Origin: a virus
Direction: 5' to 3' (one strand)
Length of the DNA stretch: 64,000 nt
IMG/VR virus record: IMGVR_UViG_3300006802_000073
Coordinates: 1 to 64,000 of that record
This document shows, one piece after another, positions 23,122 through 32,048 of this stretch. Position 1 is the first letter of the stretch, and every line of letters begins with the position of its first letter. A model generated the notes under the pieces. The model saw only the letters and a program-made list of their open reading frames with translations, did no database searches and was not told where the DNA came from. The position numbers were made by a program, and so were the translations under genes.

Positions 23122-23165
23122 GGAAGTATAATGTATCAGATTTTTATATTTCAAAAGATTAAGAA

Positions 23166-24815
23166 ATGAAAAAAGAAATTCCCGCACTTTTAAAACCTAA
23201 TTATGGTTTACCTAAAGGAAAAGGTACATTAGAACCTCTCTTTGATGATTCCGCTAAAAGTTTTAATACCGATAAAATTGGCGCTACATTATTGCCAAAA
23301 ACAAATATTAAAGTTGCTTCTAATGAACCTACATTTGGAACTTCTAATAAAATTGTTGGTGTGATGAAAGAAATTGGATTAGGTGTTTTAGATGCATTAA
23401 CAGGAAAAGTTTCTTTCAAATCTGGTGCTTTGCAAGATAAACAAAAGAAAGATTCTGAAACAAAAATAGAAGAAGGTAGAAAACTTATGTTTTCACCTTT
23501 AGAAACTTCTTTAAACTCTTTGTTACGTGTTTCTTCCGATTCTTTTTATTTACAACAAAAAACTAATAAGAGCTTTAAAAATATCGAAGATTATTTATAT
23601 AGAATAGAAGATTTACTCAAAGATTGTTGTATTAAGGATTATTGCTCGTGTAACGATTTTGACTTTAGAAGAACTCCTCGTGGTTCTCGCAGACAACAAC
23701 AAAGACAACAACAAAGACAACAACAAAGACAACAACAAAGACAACAACAAAGAATTCCTAATACAATTCCAGGAGTTTTACCAGGAGTTTTACCAGGAGT
23801 TTTACCAGGAGTTTTACCAGGAGTTTTACCAGGAGTTTTACCAGGAGTTTTACCAGGAGTTTTACCAGAAGTTACTACTCCACAAGTTCCAGAAATAGGA
23901 CCTTATCCTGAAACTATAACACCAAAAGTTACTACACCACAAGTTCCAGAAATAGGACCTTATCCTGAAACTATAACACCAAAAGTTACTACTCCTGAAG
24001 TTACTACTCAACAAGTTCCAGAAATAGGACTTTATCCTGAAACTATAACACCAAAAGTTACTACTCCTGAAGTTACTACTCCACAAGTTCCAGAAATAGG
24101 ACCTTATCCTGAAACTATAACACCAAAAGTTACTACTCCTGAAGTTCCAGAAATAGAAGATAAGCCATATTTTTCTGCCAAACCACGACAAAGAAAACCC
24201 AATCAACCAATTAGAGAAATTACAGAAAGAGAAAGAAATGTTCTAAATACAATAAAATATGGTTCTCTTATATTACCAGGTTTAGGAACAGTAGGAGCAA
24301 TGGGTAGAGGAGTTCTTGCAGCTGGTACTTTTGGTAAAGAGATGATAAAAAAAGGAATTACTTCTTTAACGAATCTTGTACCCAAAGCAGGTAGTGAAAA
24401 AATAATACCAAAATCTGCGGATATTTTTTCATTTCCAAAAAGAATACTCTCACCTGTAATTGCTGGAGGAACTGCAGCTGGTGCTACAATATTACCTTTT
24501 GCGGCTGCAGCTCAAGATCAAATACAACCACAAACAAATATAGAAAAATCTATATATGAAATGACTAACAATGCAACCGAAAGATTTTATGCGGGTAAAC
24601 CTGGAGTAGATATACCTAGTTTAAGTACTGAACTAAATAATGCCTCAATAGATAATACTGATCTATTAAGATCATTACAATCATCTACAACAGTACAACC
24701 AATTATTAATAATAACAATATGACCAATAATACACAAAGTATTATTCCTATAAAAGCACAAGTTAGAACAGAGTCATCATTTTCAAAATATATAGATAAA
24801 ATCTCATCATATTAG
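23166..24815 (+). CDS. repeat-rich tail protein in the gp29 (hub/tape-measure) position
   Basis: Follows gp26/gp51; C-terminal INNNNMTNNT low-complexity tail; internal tandem repeats. Confidence 0.5.
   Translation: MKKEIPALLKPNYGLPKGKGTLEPLFDDSAKSFNTDKIGATLLPKTNIKVASNEPTFGTSNKIVGVMKEIGLGVLDALTGKVSFKSGALQDKQKKDSETKIEEGRKLMFSPLETSLNSLLRVSSDSFYLQQKTNKSFKNIEDYLYRIEDLLKDCCIKDYCSCNDFDFRRTPRGSRRQQQRQQQRQQQRQQQRQQQRIPNTIPGVLPGVLPGVLPGVLPGVLPGVLPGVLPGVLPEVTTPQVPEIGPYPETITPKVTTPQVPEIGPYPETITPKVTTPEVTTQQVPEIGLYPETITPKVTTPEVTTPQVPEIGPYPETITPKVTTPEVPEIEDKPYFSAKPRQRKPNQPIREITERERNVLNTIKYGSLILPGLGTVGAMGRGVLAAGTFGKEMIKKGITSLTNLVPKAGSEKIIPKSADIFSFPKRILSPVIAGGTAAGATILPFAAAAQDQIQPQTNIEKSIYEMTNNATERFYAGKPGVDIPSLSTELNNASIDNTDLLRSLQSSTTVQPIINNNNMTNNTQSIIPIKAQVRTESSFSKYIDKISSY
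23691..23750 (+). repeat. 12-bp tandem repeat AGACAACAACAA x5 (RQQQ)
   Basis: Read directly from the sequence. Confidence 0.95.
23769..23864 (+). repeat. 12-bp tandem repeat CCAGGAGTTTTA x8 (PGVL)
   Basis: Read directly from the sequence; perfect copies. Confidence 0.95.
23865..24154 (+). repeat. composite repeat of QVPEIG(P/L)YPETITPK x4 interspersed with VTTP units
   Basis: Near-identical DNA copies, all in frame. Confidence 0.9.
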
Positions 24816-24843
24816 AAAAGGGGACTTAGTCCCCTTTTCTTTT
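24814..24843. terminator. bidirectional intrinsic terminator between convergent gene blocks
   Basis: AGAAAAGGGGACT-T-AGTCCCCTTTTCT inverted repeat with T tracts on both strands. Confidence 0.85.
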
Positions 24844-25021
24844 ACTTCTTTACATACTTTTTAGAATCTTTTAGTTCTTGTTTCTTTTTCTGTTCTCCTT
24901 TTTTCGCCTCTTCTCTTCCTTCTGCAACTGTTACGGGAATATCTTTAATTTTTTCAGCTGCAAATATATTAAAAGAAAAAAGAGTTAAAAGTAGTAAAGA
25001 ACAATACTTCTTTAATAACAT
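24842..25021 (-). CDS. small exported Lys-rich protein (59 aa, not in the ORF track)
   Basis: MLLKKYCSLLLLTLFSFNIFA signal-peptide-like start; AAGGA RBS. Confidence 0.55.
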   Translation of the reverse strand: MLLKKYCSLLLLTLFSFNIFAAEKIKDIPVTVAEGREEAKKGEQKKKQELKDSKKYVKK

Positions 25022-25033
25022 TTTTGTTCCTTA

Positions 25034-25945
25034 TTATTCCTCGTTTGCTAGTTTAGCGAAATAACTCATTGAATCTTCATCATCATCGATATCGATTTCT
25101 TCACGTTTAACTTGTTTTTTAGCTACTTGAGGTTTAGATACAGTTTCTGTGACCATATCATCAAGATCCTCTTCAGCAGCACTTTTCGCTGGAATTGCAC
25201 CACCTGCCAATACCATATTAAGTTTCTTCTTTAACTCATCATATGATTTAAAATTCTTATCTTCTAAAAACTCTTGTAAAGAATATTGTTTTTCCCAAAT
25301 ATTTGAAATTTCTTCATCTGAATCAGCAATTTCGGATGAAGAATCGAATTCTGATTTATCATAATTACGATAACCTTCAACTTTACGAATCTTTAGTTTA
25401 AAGTTAGCCCCCTTCCAAAAATCGAAAGGATTAATAGGATCTTCATCTTCAAATTGTGGATCTGTAATATCTTTAATCTTATCAAAGATCTTTTTACCGA
25501 ATTTGAAGAGTTTAACTTGTCCTTCATTATCGGGATTTGCTGGATCTTTAACGATTAGAATATTAGCAATATATGTTAGTTTGCGTTTTTGTTTACGTGC
25601 AATTTCTTTATCAGATTCTTTACCTGAGTTCCAAAGTTCGGTATTATATTCGCTAACAGGATCATTTTTTCCAAGAGTAGTTAGAGAATTTTCGATATAC
25701 CATTTGCCTGTAGGACCTTGAAATCCATGAGACCAGATACGAACCCAGGGGATATCTTCACCTTTAGAGGGAGGAAGAAAACGAATTACTGCATAACCAT
25801 TACCCACTTTATCTACTACAGGTTGCCAAAAGCGATTATCTTCTGATTTACCACCTTCTGGTTTTGAGATCTTTTCTACTTCCTTCATTAGATTTTCAAA
25901 ACCACCACGAGCCTTCTTAAGTTCAGATAGAGATGTAAAAGCCAT
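25034..25945 (-). CDS. gp32: single-stranded DNA-binding protein
   Basis: DNRFWQP..DKVGNGYAVIRFLP, WYIENSLTT, PFDFWKGANFKLKIRKVEGYRNYDKSEF; acidic tail. Confidence 0.95.
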   Translation of the reverse strand: MAFTSLSELKKARGGFENLMKEVEKISKPEGGKSEDNRFWQPVVDKVGNGYAVIRFLPPSKGEDIPWVRIWSHGFQGPTGKWYIENSLTTLGKNDPVSEYNTELWNSGKESDKEIARKQKRKLTYIANILIVKDPANPDNEGQVKLFKFGKKIFDKIKDITDPQFEDEDPINPFDFWKGANFKLKIRKVEGYRNYDKSEFDSSSEIADSDEEISNIWEKQYSLQEFLEDKNFKSYDELKKKLNMVLAGGAIPAKSAAEEDLDDMVTETVSKPQVAKKQVKREEIDIDDDEDSMSYFAKLANEE

Positions 25946-25990
25946 AATATTCTCCTTATTTAAAATCGTATTTAGATGTATAACGCTGTA

Positions 25991-26167
25991 TTAACGTAGT
26001 TTTGTTTTATTTTGTACAACTTCATGCTCTAGATATTCATCAAAAGCATTTGAATCACCATTATAAATGGCTTTTCTATATTTGTCAATAAAACGCTTGC
26101 TCTTTTTGGGATTTTTAATCTTCTTTTCTTTATCCCAATCTTGTGCATATGATTTAGTATGACTCAT
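25991..26167 (-). CDS. small basic hypothetical protein (58 aa, not in the ORF track)
   Basis: Manual translation MSHTKSYAQDWDKEKKIKNPKK...; GGAGG upstream. Confidence 0.5.
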   Translation of the reverse strand: MSHTKSYAQDWDKEKKIKNPKKSKRFIDKYRKAIYNGDSNAFDEYLEHEVVQNKTKLR

Positions 26168-26185
26168 TATAAAATATATCCTCCT

Positions 26186-26452
26186 TTACTCTGATTGATC
26201 ATTTTTTCTGTTTTTAGGTTGTTTCTTTTGTGTAGGAACTGCAACATAAGGCCATTGTGCTACCTGTGTAGAAATTATTGCTTGGTTTTGTGCTAATTTA
26301 ATAAGAAATTTTTGTGTTTCTTTTAATTCAGCAGATAAAGATAAGAGTGTATCTTGTAATTCTATAATATTTCTACCTGCAGATTCAATATTTTTTTCTA
26401 TTACAACAATCTTCTCTGTAAGTAGATCAGTAGTATCCTCTAATGATTCCAT
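26186..26452 (-). CDS. coiled-coil hypothetical protein
   Basis: 88 aa ORF in the operon. Confidence 0.55.
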   Translation of the reverse strand: MESLEDTTDLLTEKIVVIEKNIESAGRNIIELQDTLLSLSAELKETQKFLIKLAQNQAIISTQVAQWPYVAVPTQKKQPKNRKNDQSE

Positions 26453-27029
26453 TGTATTTTTCTCTATTTATTTTTAAAAATGGTTTATACTTTCTAATCA
26501 ATATTGAGATATCTGACCAAATAATCTTTTCTTTAATATCTTTATCAAATTTTTCACAAAAATTAAATATTTTATCTAATATGACTAAAGTTTCTAATGT
26601 AACATTATTTGCCATATATTCTCTAATTATATATGGATGTTCTAAACAAGTAACTTGAAAAATTTTACTTTCATCAAATGTATTTAGATTTAATCCTTCA
26701 ATAATATGCTCTATATCTTTTTTAAAGATATATGAAAGAGAATCTATTTTGGTTTTCCAAAATATATATCGTTCTTTAGATTGGGAATCAAATACTCCAC
26801 CCCAACGATCTCCAGATATAAAATTAGAAACAAGGAAATTGATAATTTCTTCATCTTTATATAATTTAGTTAACTTTTTAAAAATATATGTATCTTTACG
26901 TTTTTCAAAAGAATCTTTAGTTGCTTTAACTCTACCTTTATTTTTTACGATATCATAATCTACTGTTGTAAAGTGTAATTTAAGTGCTAGGTAACATTTC
27001 CATGCTTGAAAAGGTTCCATTGTTGTCAT
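26427..27029 (-). CDS. gp59: helicase loader
   Basis: YLALKLHFT..YD, FEKRKD.YIFKKL, LETLVILD, KYKPFL; synteny with gp32/gp33. Confidence 0.85.
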   Translation of the reverse strand: MTTMEPFQAWKCYLALKLHFTTVDYDIVKNKGRVKATKDSFEKRKDTYIFKKLTKLYKDEEIINFLVSNFISGDRWGGVFDSQSKERYIFWKTKIDSLSYIFKKDIEHIIEGLNLNTFDESKIFQVTCLEHPYIIREYMANNVTLETLVILDKIFNFCEKFDKDIKEKIIWSDISILIRKYKPFLKINREKYNGIIRGYY

Positions 27030-27265
27030 AAAGCTAATCTACCCATTTTACGTAATAGATTCTTCTCAATTGCTTCATTTCTTATCTTCTCCCGTAAAGA
27101 TGTATTGATCAAAGGTTTTACTGATTCTATATCAAAATCAGCATCTTCGCAATATTCAATTATTGCTTCCATATAAGAGAGCTCACCTTTATTAACTTTT
27201 TCTTCTATATGTAAAGAGAAATCGTTTGGAGTTTTAAATTTTTCTTCTAAATTGATAGTATCCAT
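27026..27265 (-). CDS. gp33: late transcription co-activator
   Basis: FSLHIE..V...LSYMEAIIEYCE...LI...LREKI..EA pattern. Confidence 0.85.
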   Translation of the reverse strand: MDTINLEEKFKTPNDFSLHIEEKVNKGELSYMEAIIEYCEDADFDIESVKPLINTSLREKIRNEAIEKNLLRKMGRLAL

Positions 27266-27271
27266 ATTTTT

Positions 27272-27589
27272 TTAATTGAATAAAATAAAAGCCATTATAG
27301 TAGCATTAATCATAAATCCTAACCCTATTGTAACAATACTTACAAAATCTTTCAATATGATTGAACGCAAAAAGAATAATAATAAAGTGAACCAAATTAT
27401 AAGTACAATATCAATAGATGGTAATTTGTCGGTTAATCCATTGATTACTGCTAGAAAGGAAGGAATTGGTGCTGTTATAAGAAGAAGTAGACCAAACCAA
27501 CTAATTGTTTCTGCTGTATTAGGTTTTAGTTTAGTGTTAACATACTCATCAAGATATTTCTTTGCATTGCAAAGAACATAATAATTCAT
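27272..27589 (-). CDS. small multi-pass membrane protein
   Basis: About 3 hydrophobic helices; likely start MNYYVL rather than the ORF-track start inside the sleB-like gene. Confidence 0.55.
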   Translation of the reverse strand: MNYYVLCNAKKYLDEYVNTKLKPNTAETISWFGLLLLITAPIPSFLAVINGLTDKLPSIDIVLIIWFTLLLFFLRSIILKDFVSIVTIGLGFMINATIMAFILFN

Positions 27590-27593
27590 GCGT

Positions 27594-28112
27594 TTATCCT
27601 TTATAAAAGATATGTCTACCGATTTTAGTAATTCTTTGTTTCTTCCATTTTGGATTGACATAATCGGCATGATAGAATAATGCCTCATTGAGACTTTCTA
27701 GACGAAATCCTTCAAGTAATACTTTTTTAGCTACAGCTTCGGATTCTTTATAAGTTCCTGCATGAATAGGTCTAATTTTAGTATTAGTTTCACACCACCA
27801 TGAAAATTGACATAGAACAGAATTTTTTTGATAAACTACTTTACAAATATCATTAGGGAAATTTTCTGATTCTGCTCTATTTAATGTAACTTGAGCAACT
27901 GCAACTTTTCCTTCAAAAGATTCATTCCCCGCCTCATAATAGATATTCTTTGTCAAACAAAGTAATTGCCGCTCACGTTCTTTCATAGTGATACCAGTTT
28001 CTTGAGATTTAGATGTAAGAACTTTAAACTTATAATCAATATAATTATCAAACGAAATCACAAATATAACACTGAAGAAGAATATTAGTAAAAATCTAGT
28101 AAATTTATACAT
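27594..28112 (-). CDS. cell wall hydrolase (SleB/Hydrolase_2) with N-terminal anchor
   Basis: NIYYEA.NE..EGKVAVAQVTLNR, CQFSW, FYHADYVNPKW, IGRHIFY. Confidence 0.9.
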   Translation of the reverse strand: MYKFTRFLLIFFFSVIFVISFDNYIDYKFKVLTSKSQETGITMKERERQLLCLTKNIYYEAGNESFEGKVAVAQVTLNRAESENFPNDICKVVYQKNSVLCQFSWWCETNTKIRPIHAGTYKESEAVAKKVLLEGFRLESLNEALFYHADYVNPKWKKQRITKIGRHIFYKG

Positions 28113-28153
28113 AGACTATTCCTTTATCAAATAGACAAACACATAACAAAAAA

Positions 28154-28477
28154 TTATTTTTTAACTTTTTTAGCCAATTCTATAATATCTTCATTATTTT
28201 TTTCTGCTTTAATAAAAACATTAGCTACTAGAGAAAGAATACTCCAAGATAAGAACCCGATAATAAATCCAAAGAATAATTGGTATTCCCAATCAATAGA
28301 TAGTTCCATTATCTGTAGTAAGGGGGTTGAAAAGATAATACCTGAACCAGTTGAAATTCCACCACGTATAGTTGCATCAAGAATTGTTTTAGGTTTAATA
28401 AAAGTCATCATGGTTAATCCACCTAGAAGACCACCTGCAGCAGCAGCCAATTTAGCTGTTAAATATACACTTGGCAT
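28154..28477 (-). CDS. holin-like membrane protein
   Basis: 107 aa, 2-3 TM segments, charged C-terminal tail. Confidence 0.45.
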   Translation of the reverse strand: MPSVYLTAKLAAAAGGLLGGLTMMTFIKPKTILDATIRGGISTGSGIIFSTPLLQIMELSIDWEYQLFFGFIIGFLSWSILSLVANVFIKAEKNNEDIIELAKKVKK

Positions 28478-28478
28478 A

Positions 28479-28913
28479 TTAATTTTCCATTTTAATAACG
28501 CTTTTATCGCGTTTTTCCTTTTCTTTACAATACACTCGGGTTCTTAAATCGGTTGAACTATATGAGTGAGCTCTTTTGTTATAGTGAACAGTAATTAAAT
28601 CTTTTCCTGTAAAATCTTTATCTCTATATTCCTCACCAACAATTCTTACATCAATAGGTAAAGTTTTCAAGATAGTAAAAAGTTCATTTTCTGTTGTATA
28701 AACTATAATCTCATCTACATATTTACATGAGCTGACTTGAATTTGACGTTCAATAATAGATTGAACGGGTGAATTCTTATCAGGTCTATCTATTGTTGGA
28801 TCTGTTTGTATTCCAACAATTAGATGATCACATACCATCTTTGCCTCACGTAACATAGTTACATGACCCGAGTGAAAAAGGTCAAAAGTGCCACAGGTGA
28901 AACCTATTCTCAT
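28479..28913 (-). CDS. glycerol-3-phosphate cytidylyltransferase-like (TagD family)
   Basis: GTFDLFHSGH, ER..QV..CKYVDE and SSTDLR motifs. Confidence 0.85.
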   Translation of the reverse strand: MRIGFTCGTFDLFHSGHVTMLREAKMVCDHLIVGIQTDPTIDRPDKNSPVQSIIERQIQVSSCKYVDEIIVYTTENELFTILKTLPIDVRIVGEEYRDKDFTGKDLITVHYNKRAHSYSSTDLRTRVYCKEKEKRDKSVIKMEN

Positions 28914-28930
28914 AATATTTATTCCTTAAT

Positions 28931-28970
28931 AAAATGCTAGTTGATTCTGTTTCCAGGTTCAACTAGCAAA
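28931..28970 (-). terminator. hairpin ending the tmRNA coding piece
   Basis: TGCTAGTTGA...TCAACTAGCA stem followed by TTTT on the minus strand. Confidence 0.7.
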
Positions 28971-29247
28971 ACCCAGAAGAATTAAGCTGCTAGAGCGTAT
29001 TCTTCAGTATAGAATGCATCGTTTGCTTCTATTAATTTTGCTCTGCTTACGGCAGTCGCCTATCGTGCTGTCCACTCCAATACTCTTTGCCCTGTCGAAA
29101 CCAGGTCCGGCCCATTAGAAAGAACTCTTTAGTATAGTCTATAGCACTTGTCTGTCTCTATACAGGGTGAAGAATTCTTTCTGGTGGACCGGGCGGGAAT
29201 CGAACCCGCGTCCAAAACACTTTTCTCTTTGCTTCATACAGCAATAA
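28931..29247 (-). ncRNA. ssrA: circularly permuted two-piece tmRNA; tag ANDAFYTEEYALAA*
   Basis: Acceptor piece ~29247-29182 ends GCGGGTTCGATTCCCGC-CCGGTCCACCA; intervening hairpin 29181-29114; coding piece starts GGGCCGG at 29113 (G3:U70 pair); tag 29026-28982. Confidence 0.92.
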
Positions 29248-29316
29248 GCTAGATTTTGGATTCGAACCTTGTCCTAGTCTTGTCGATCTGCACTTCCCAC
29301 AGTACTGAACCTAGCT
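29247..29316 (-). ncRNA. tRNA-like structured leader upstream of the tmRNA
   Basis: Closing stem AGCTAGGTT/AATCTAGCT, GTACT/AGTGC arm, T-loop-like GGTTCGAATCC; no canonical anticodon arm or CCA. Confidence 0.45.
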
Positions 29317-29324
29317 TTTTATTT

Positions 29325-29353
29325 ATTATAATAAATCTGTTATAAATTGTCAA
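29325..29353 (-). promoter_or_regulatory. consensus sigma70 promoter for the tmRNA transcript
   Basis: TTGACA-N17-TATAAT, overlapping an ATAAATA late-like element. Confidence 0.85.
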
Positions 29354-29367
29354 TGAATTAATAAACT

Positions 29368-29568
29368 TTATTTTTTACCTGGAATAGCAGTTCCTTCAAG
29401 TTTTTTATGTGTTTTTATTGTTTTACAAACTTGTTTTACTTGTCCATTTTTTTGTCTTTCATCGACACATACTTTTTTAGTCTCAGGCTTTTTTGGAGTT
29501 TTATCTTCACCTCCATATACATTAAATGATAATAAAGCAATAACTAATAAAGAAATAATTCTATGCAT
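29368..29568 (-). CDS. small exported protein with a Cys pair
   Basis: Signal peptide; KKVC...QVCK. Confidence 0.6.
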   Translation of the reverse strand: MHRIISLLVIALLSFNVYGGEDKTPKKPETKKVCVDERQKNGQVKQVCKTIKTHKKLEGTAIPGKK

Positions 29569-29580
29569 AATAACTTTCTC

Positions 29581-30117
29581 CTATATTTCTGGTTGTGGAG
29601 GTTGAACGGGTGCTGGTTTTCCACCAAACCCTGTTAACACAGGAGCACTCTGTGAAGTAGAATCCATAACGGAAGCAACTATTGGTGCTGCAGCAACAAC
29701 TGCAGCAGTTGCAGCAGCAGTTGCAGGTGTTGAAAGAGGATTAGATGGTGTACTTACTCCAATTGGACTGATAGGTGCCATTGGTATTGAAGGTTTAATA
29801 GGAGCAGGAGTGGGTGCTGATGGTGGTGGTTTTGTTGCTGCATCCATTGCCTTTGCTCTTAAATCTTTATCATCACCCGCTAACATAATACCTGACAGGG
29901 TACCAGTTAAGAATGTTGCAATTGGAATAATTAATTCAAAAAATTTATTATCTACGGGACTCATTCCATTCATTGGTTGTGTAACAAAGATTAAACTATA
30001 TAAAACAACGAATACAATACCAAAAAGTGTGAGACCCAATATGATACCAATAAAGAATTTTAAACGAGCATTTAGTTCTTCAGTTGTATATTTTTCACCT
30101 AATAAAGTTTTAATCAT
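29581..30117 (-). CDS. two-TM membrane protein with Pro/Ala-rich tail
   Basis: Two hydrophobic helices, low-complexity C-terminus. Confidence 0.65.
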   Translation of the reverse strand: MIKTLLGEKYTTEELNARLKFFIGIILGLTLFGIVFVVLYSLIFVTQPMNGMSPVDNKFFELIIPIATFLTGTLSGIMLAGDDKDLRAKAMDAATKPPPSAPTPAPIKPSIPMAPISPIGVSTPSNPLSTPATAAATAAVVAAAPIVASVMDSTSQSAPVLTGFGGKPAPVQPPQPEI

Positions 30118-30368
30118 TTACACCCTCCTTTAACATTTTTTTGAGGTTGCTGTTGCTGTTGTTGGAGCTGCTGTTTTTGTTTTTCCTTATCCGTATCCTT
30201 TAAATAATGAGAAATATCTTCTGGACAAGTTCCATTTCCACTGCAAAATGGTTTTTTACATTCTTTAGTTTCCCAATTATTGGGGTCTTGACAAGGATAT
30301 CTATATCTTTCTTCACAGCCTGATAGCAACAGTGATACCAAAGCATAAATTATTATTAATTTTATCAT
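30114..30368 (-). CDS. Cys-rich lipoprotein
   Basis: LLSGC lipobox; RYPCQDP..C..PFC..GTCP; poly-Q. Confidence 0.7.
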   Translation of the reverse strand: MIKLIIIYALVSLLLSGCEERYRYPCQDPNNWETKECKKPFCSGNGTCPEDISHYLKDTDKEKQKQQLQQQQQQPQKNVKGGCK

Positions 30369-30534
30369 ATTAACCTTTTACTAAATAAACAATAGTTGAT
30401 AAAATCATAGCAACAACAATGATTGTTTTCCAATCTATATCTTCAAGTTTCATTTTAAACCATGGGCTTGAGACTTCTACGTCTGCACGATCATCATCAT
30501 TACTCTGGTTTATATTATTCACGATACTATCCTT

Positions 30535-31401
30535 TTATGTATCAGTTTTAGCGAATAATTTTTGTAATGTAACGGGTCCCGCAATACCATCCGCAGTTAA
30601 TCCATTTGCAAGTTGCCAGTTAATTAACGCTTTCTGTGTACCACGTCCAAAACTACCATCTGCATCAATGCCCAATGCTTGTTGTAATTTTTGAACTGTT
30701 GGACCAGAAGAACCTAATTGTACAGTTTCAAGAACAGTTTCTGTTGCTGTACTTGTATGTTCAGCATTTGAATCAAAGACATGTAAAGCATGTTTATAAT
30801 GTTTAATTCTATCATCTAAACCAATAGTTCCACCATTAATTCGTTTTGTTAGAGTAAGAATATCACCTGCATCTGCCCATTGATTTAGATTATTTGTTTC
30901 CCAGAACCAGCAAGCGGATTGTGCAGCACCCTCAAATGTTTGTAAATATTCTGCTGCCTCTTCAACAGAAATTCCTAAAGAGGCAGCAAACCATGAGTAA
31001 TTGCTTTTGCCAGTTAATTGAATCAATCCCCGCCCACAAAAACGATAACCATCTCCACTTGCTTCATCTCCATTACCCATTCTATCAGCATATGCACGAT
31101 TTGCTATAGCTTCTTGTTTATTGGGTCTTGATGCATAATCTCTTGCAACATCCGGTGGAAATAAACGAGGCCAAAGTCTTGTTAATGTTTCTGCTCTATA
31201 ATTAAGATTTTCTTTAAGAAATTTAAAATTAGCACTTTCATGAGCACATTGAGCAACAAAAGCTGCTACTCTATGTGGAGTATTAATTTCATATTCCGGT
31301 AACAATTGATTGAGAGCATCAAACCAATTTTGTACATATGGATTACCTGGAATACATTGTGCTAATTTTTGTTTTGTAAATTCAAATGTAAATTCAGCCA
31401 T
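30535..31401 (-). CDS. endolysin: GH19 lysozyme/chitinase plus C-terminal peptidoglycan-binding domain
   Basis: AQCAHES, ENLNY, GRGLIQLTG, TKRINGG; LQQALG..ADGSFG..T and GLTADGIAGP.T. Confidence 0.9.
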   Translation of the reverse strand: MAEFTFEFTKQKLAQCIPGNPYVQNWFDALNQLLPEYEINTPHRVAAFVAQCAHESANFKFLKENLNYRAETLTRLWPRLFPPDVARDYASRPNKQEAIANRAYADRMGNGDEASGDGYRFCGRGLIQLTGKSNYSWFAASLGISVEEAAEYLQTFEGAAQSACWFWETNNLNQWADAGDILTLTKRINGGTIGLDDRIKHYKHALHVFDSNAEHTSTATETVLETVQLGSSGPTVQKLQQALGIDADGSFGRGTQKALINWQLANGLTADGIAGPVTLQKLFAKTDT

Positions 31402-31410
31402 GATTGTACC

Positions 31411-31617
31411 TTATGCTAAAGCAGTTGCAATATTTATTGCAGTTAGAATAACATTTCTATAGTGAATATTATCTTCAAGATCTGAAGTTTGTTCATTAAT
31501 AGTTTCTAATAATTTCATATTAGCAACTAATTCTTTATATTCATCTGCAGAAATATTACCTGCTTCGTATTCTTTAACTATTTGTGCTGCTTGTTCTGCT
31601 AATTGTTGTATAGTCAT
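31411..31617 (-). CDS. hypothetical protein
   Basis: 68 aa ORF coupled to the lipoprotein gene. Confidence 0.55.
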   Translation of the reverse strand: MTIQQLAEQAAQIVKEYEAGNISADEYKELVANMKLLETINEQTSDLEDNIHYRNVILTAINIATALA

Positions 31618-32048
31618 GGTCGTGGTCTCTTCCCTATTGCTTTTTGAATTGATTCAGATGCATCAATGATTGATTGAATTTTTAATTCACAATAAGTTTT
31701 ACTAACTTTTTGTTCCTTTAAATATCTATCTCTCAAATCTGTTGACATTTTAAATACTAAATTTACAGGTTTTATAGTTTGATCATTTTTAGGAATATGT
31801 TGGCTATAATTTTTTAAAAGTAATGAGGTATTATAGAGAGAATCCACATAATTATAGATGATCATTAATGGATCTTTTTCCGTATTACAATTTGGTTTTG
31901 CTTGAATAGCGGTTGTTCTTAAACTATTTACTAATGCGTATTCATTTGCATCAAATGGTGCAATAGTAAATCTATCTACAATTGGTTGAACTACTGAACA
32001 TCCACTAAGAAAAATAAAACTTAATAATAATAGAATTTTATATCTCAT
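31614..32048 (-). CDS. lipoprotein
   Basis: FLSGC lipobox after a hydrophobic signal. Confidence 0.7.
   Translation of the reverse strand: MRYKILLLLSFIFLSGCSVVQPIVDRFTIAPFDANEYALVNSLRTTAIQAKPNCNTEKDPLMIIYNYVDSLYNTSLLLKNYSQHIPKNDQTIKPVNLVFKMSTDLRDRYLKEQKVSKTYCELKIQSIIDASESIQKAIGKRPRP

Noticed and set aside
23691-24154. Possible CRISPR array
   Set aside because: The repeats are contiguous with no unique spacers, and they lie in frame within a CDS.
23659-24206. Alternative-frame ORFs (QEFY repeats; antisense FWN repeats)
   Set aside because: By-products of tandem repeats lacking stops; no RBS or independent support.
29182-29215. Stand-alone tRNA gene
   Set aside because: The T-arm and CCA belong to the tmRNA acceptor piece; its pairing 5' strand lies downstream and there is no anticodon arm.
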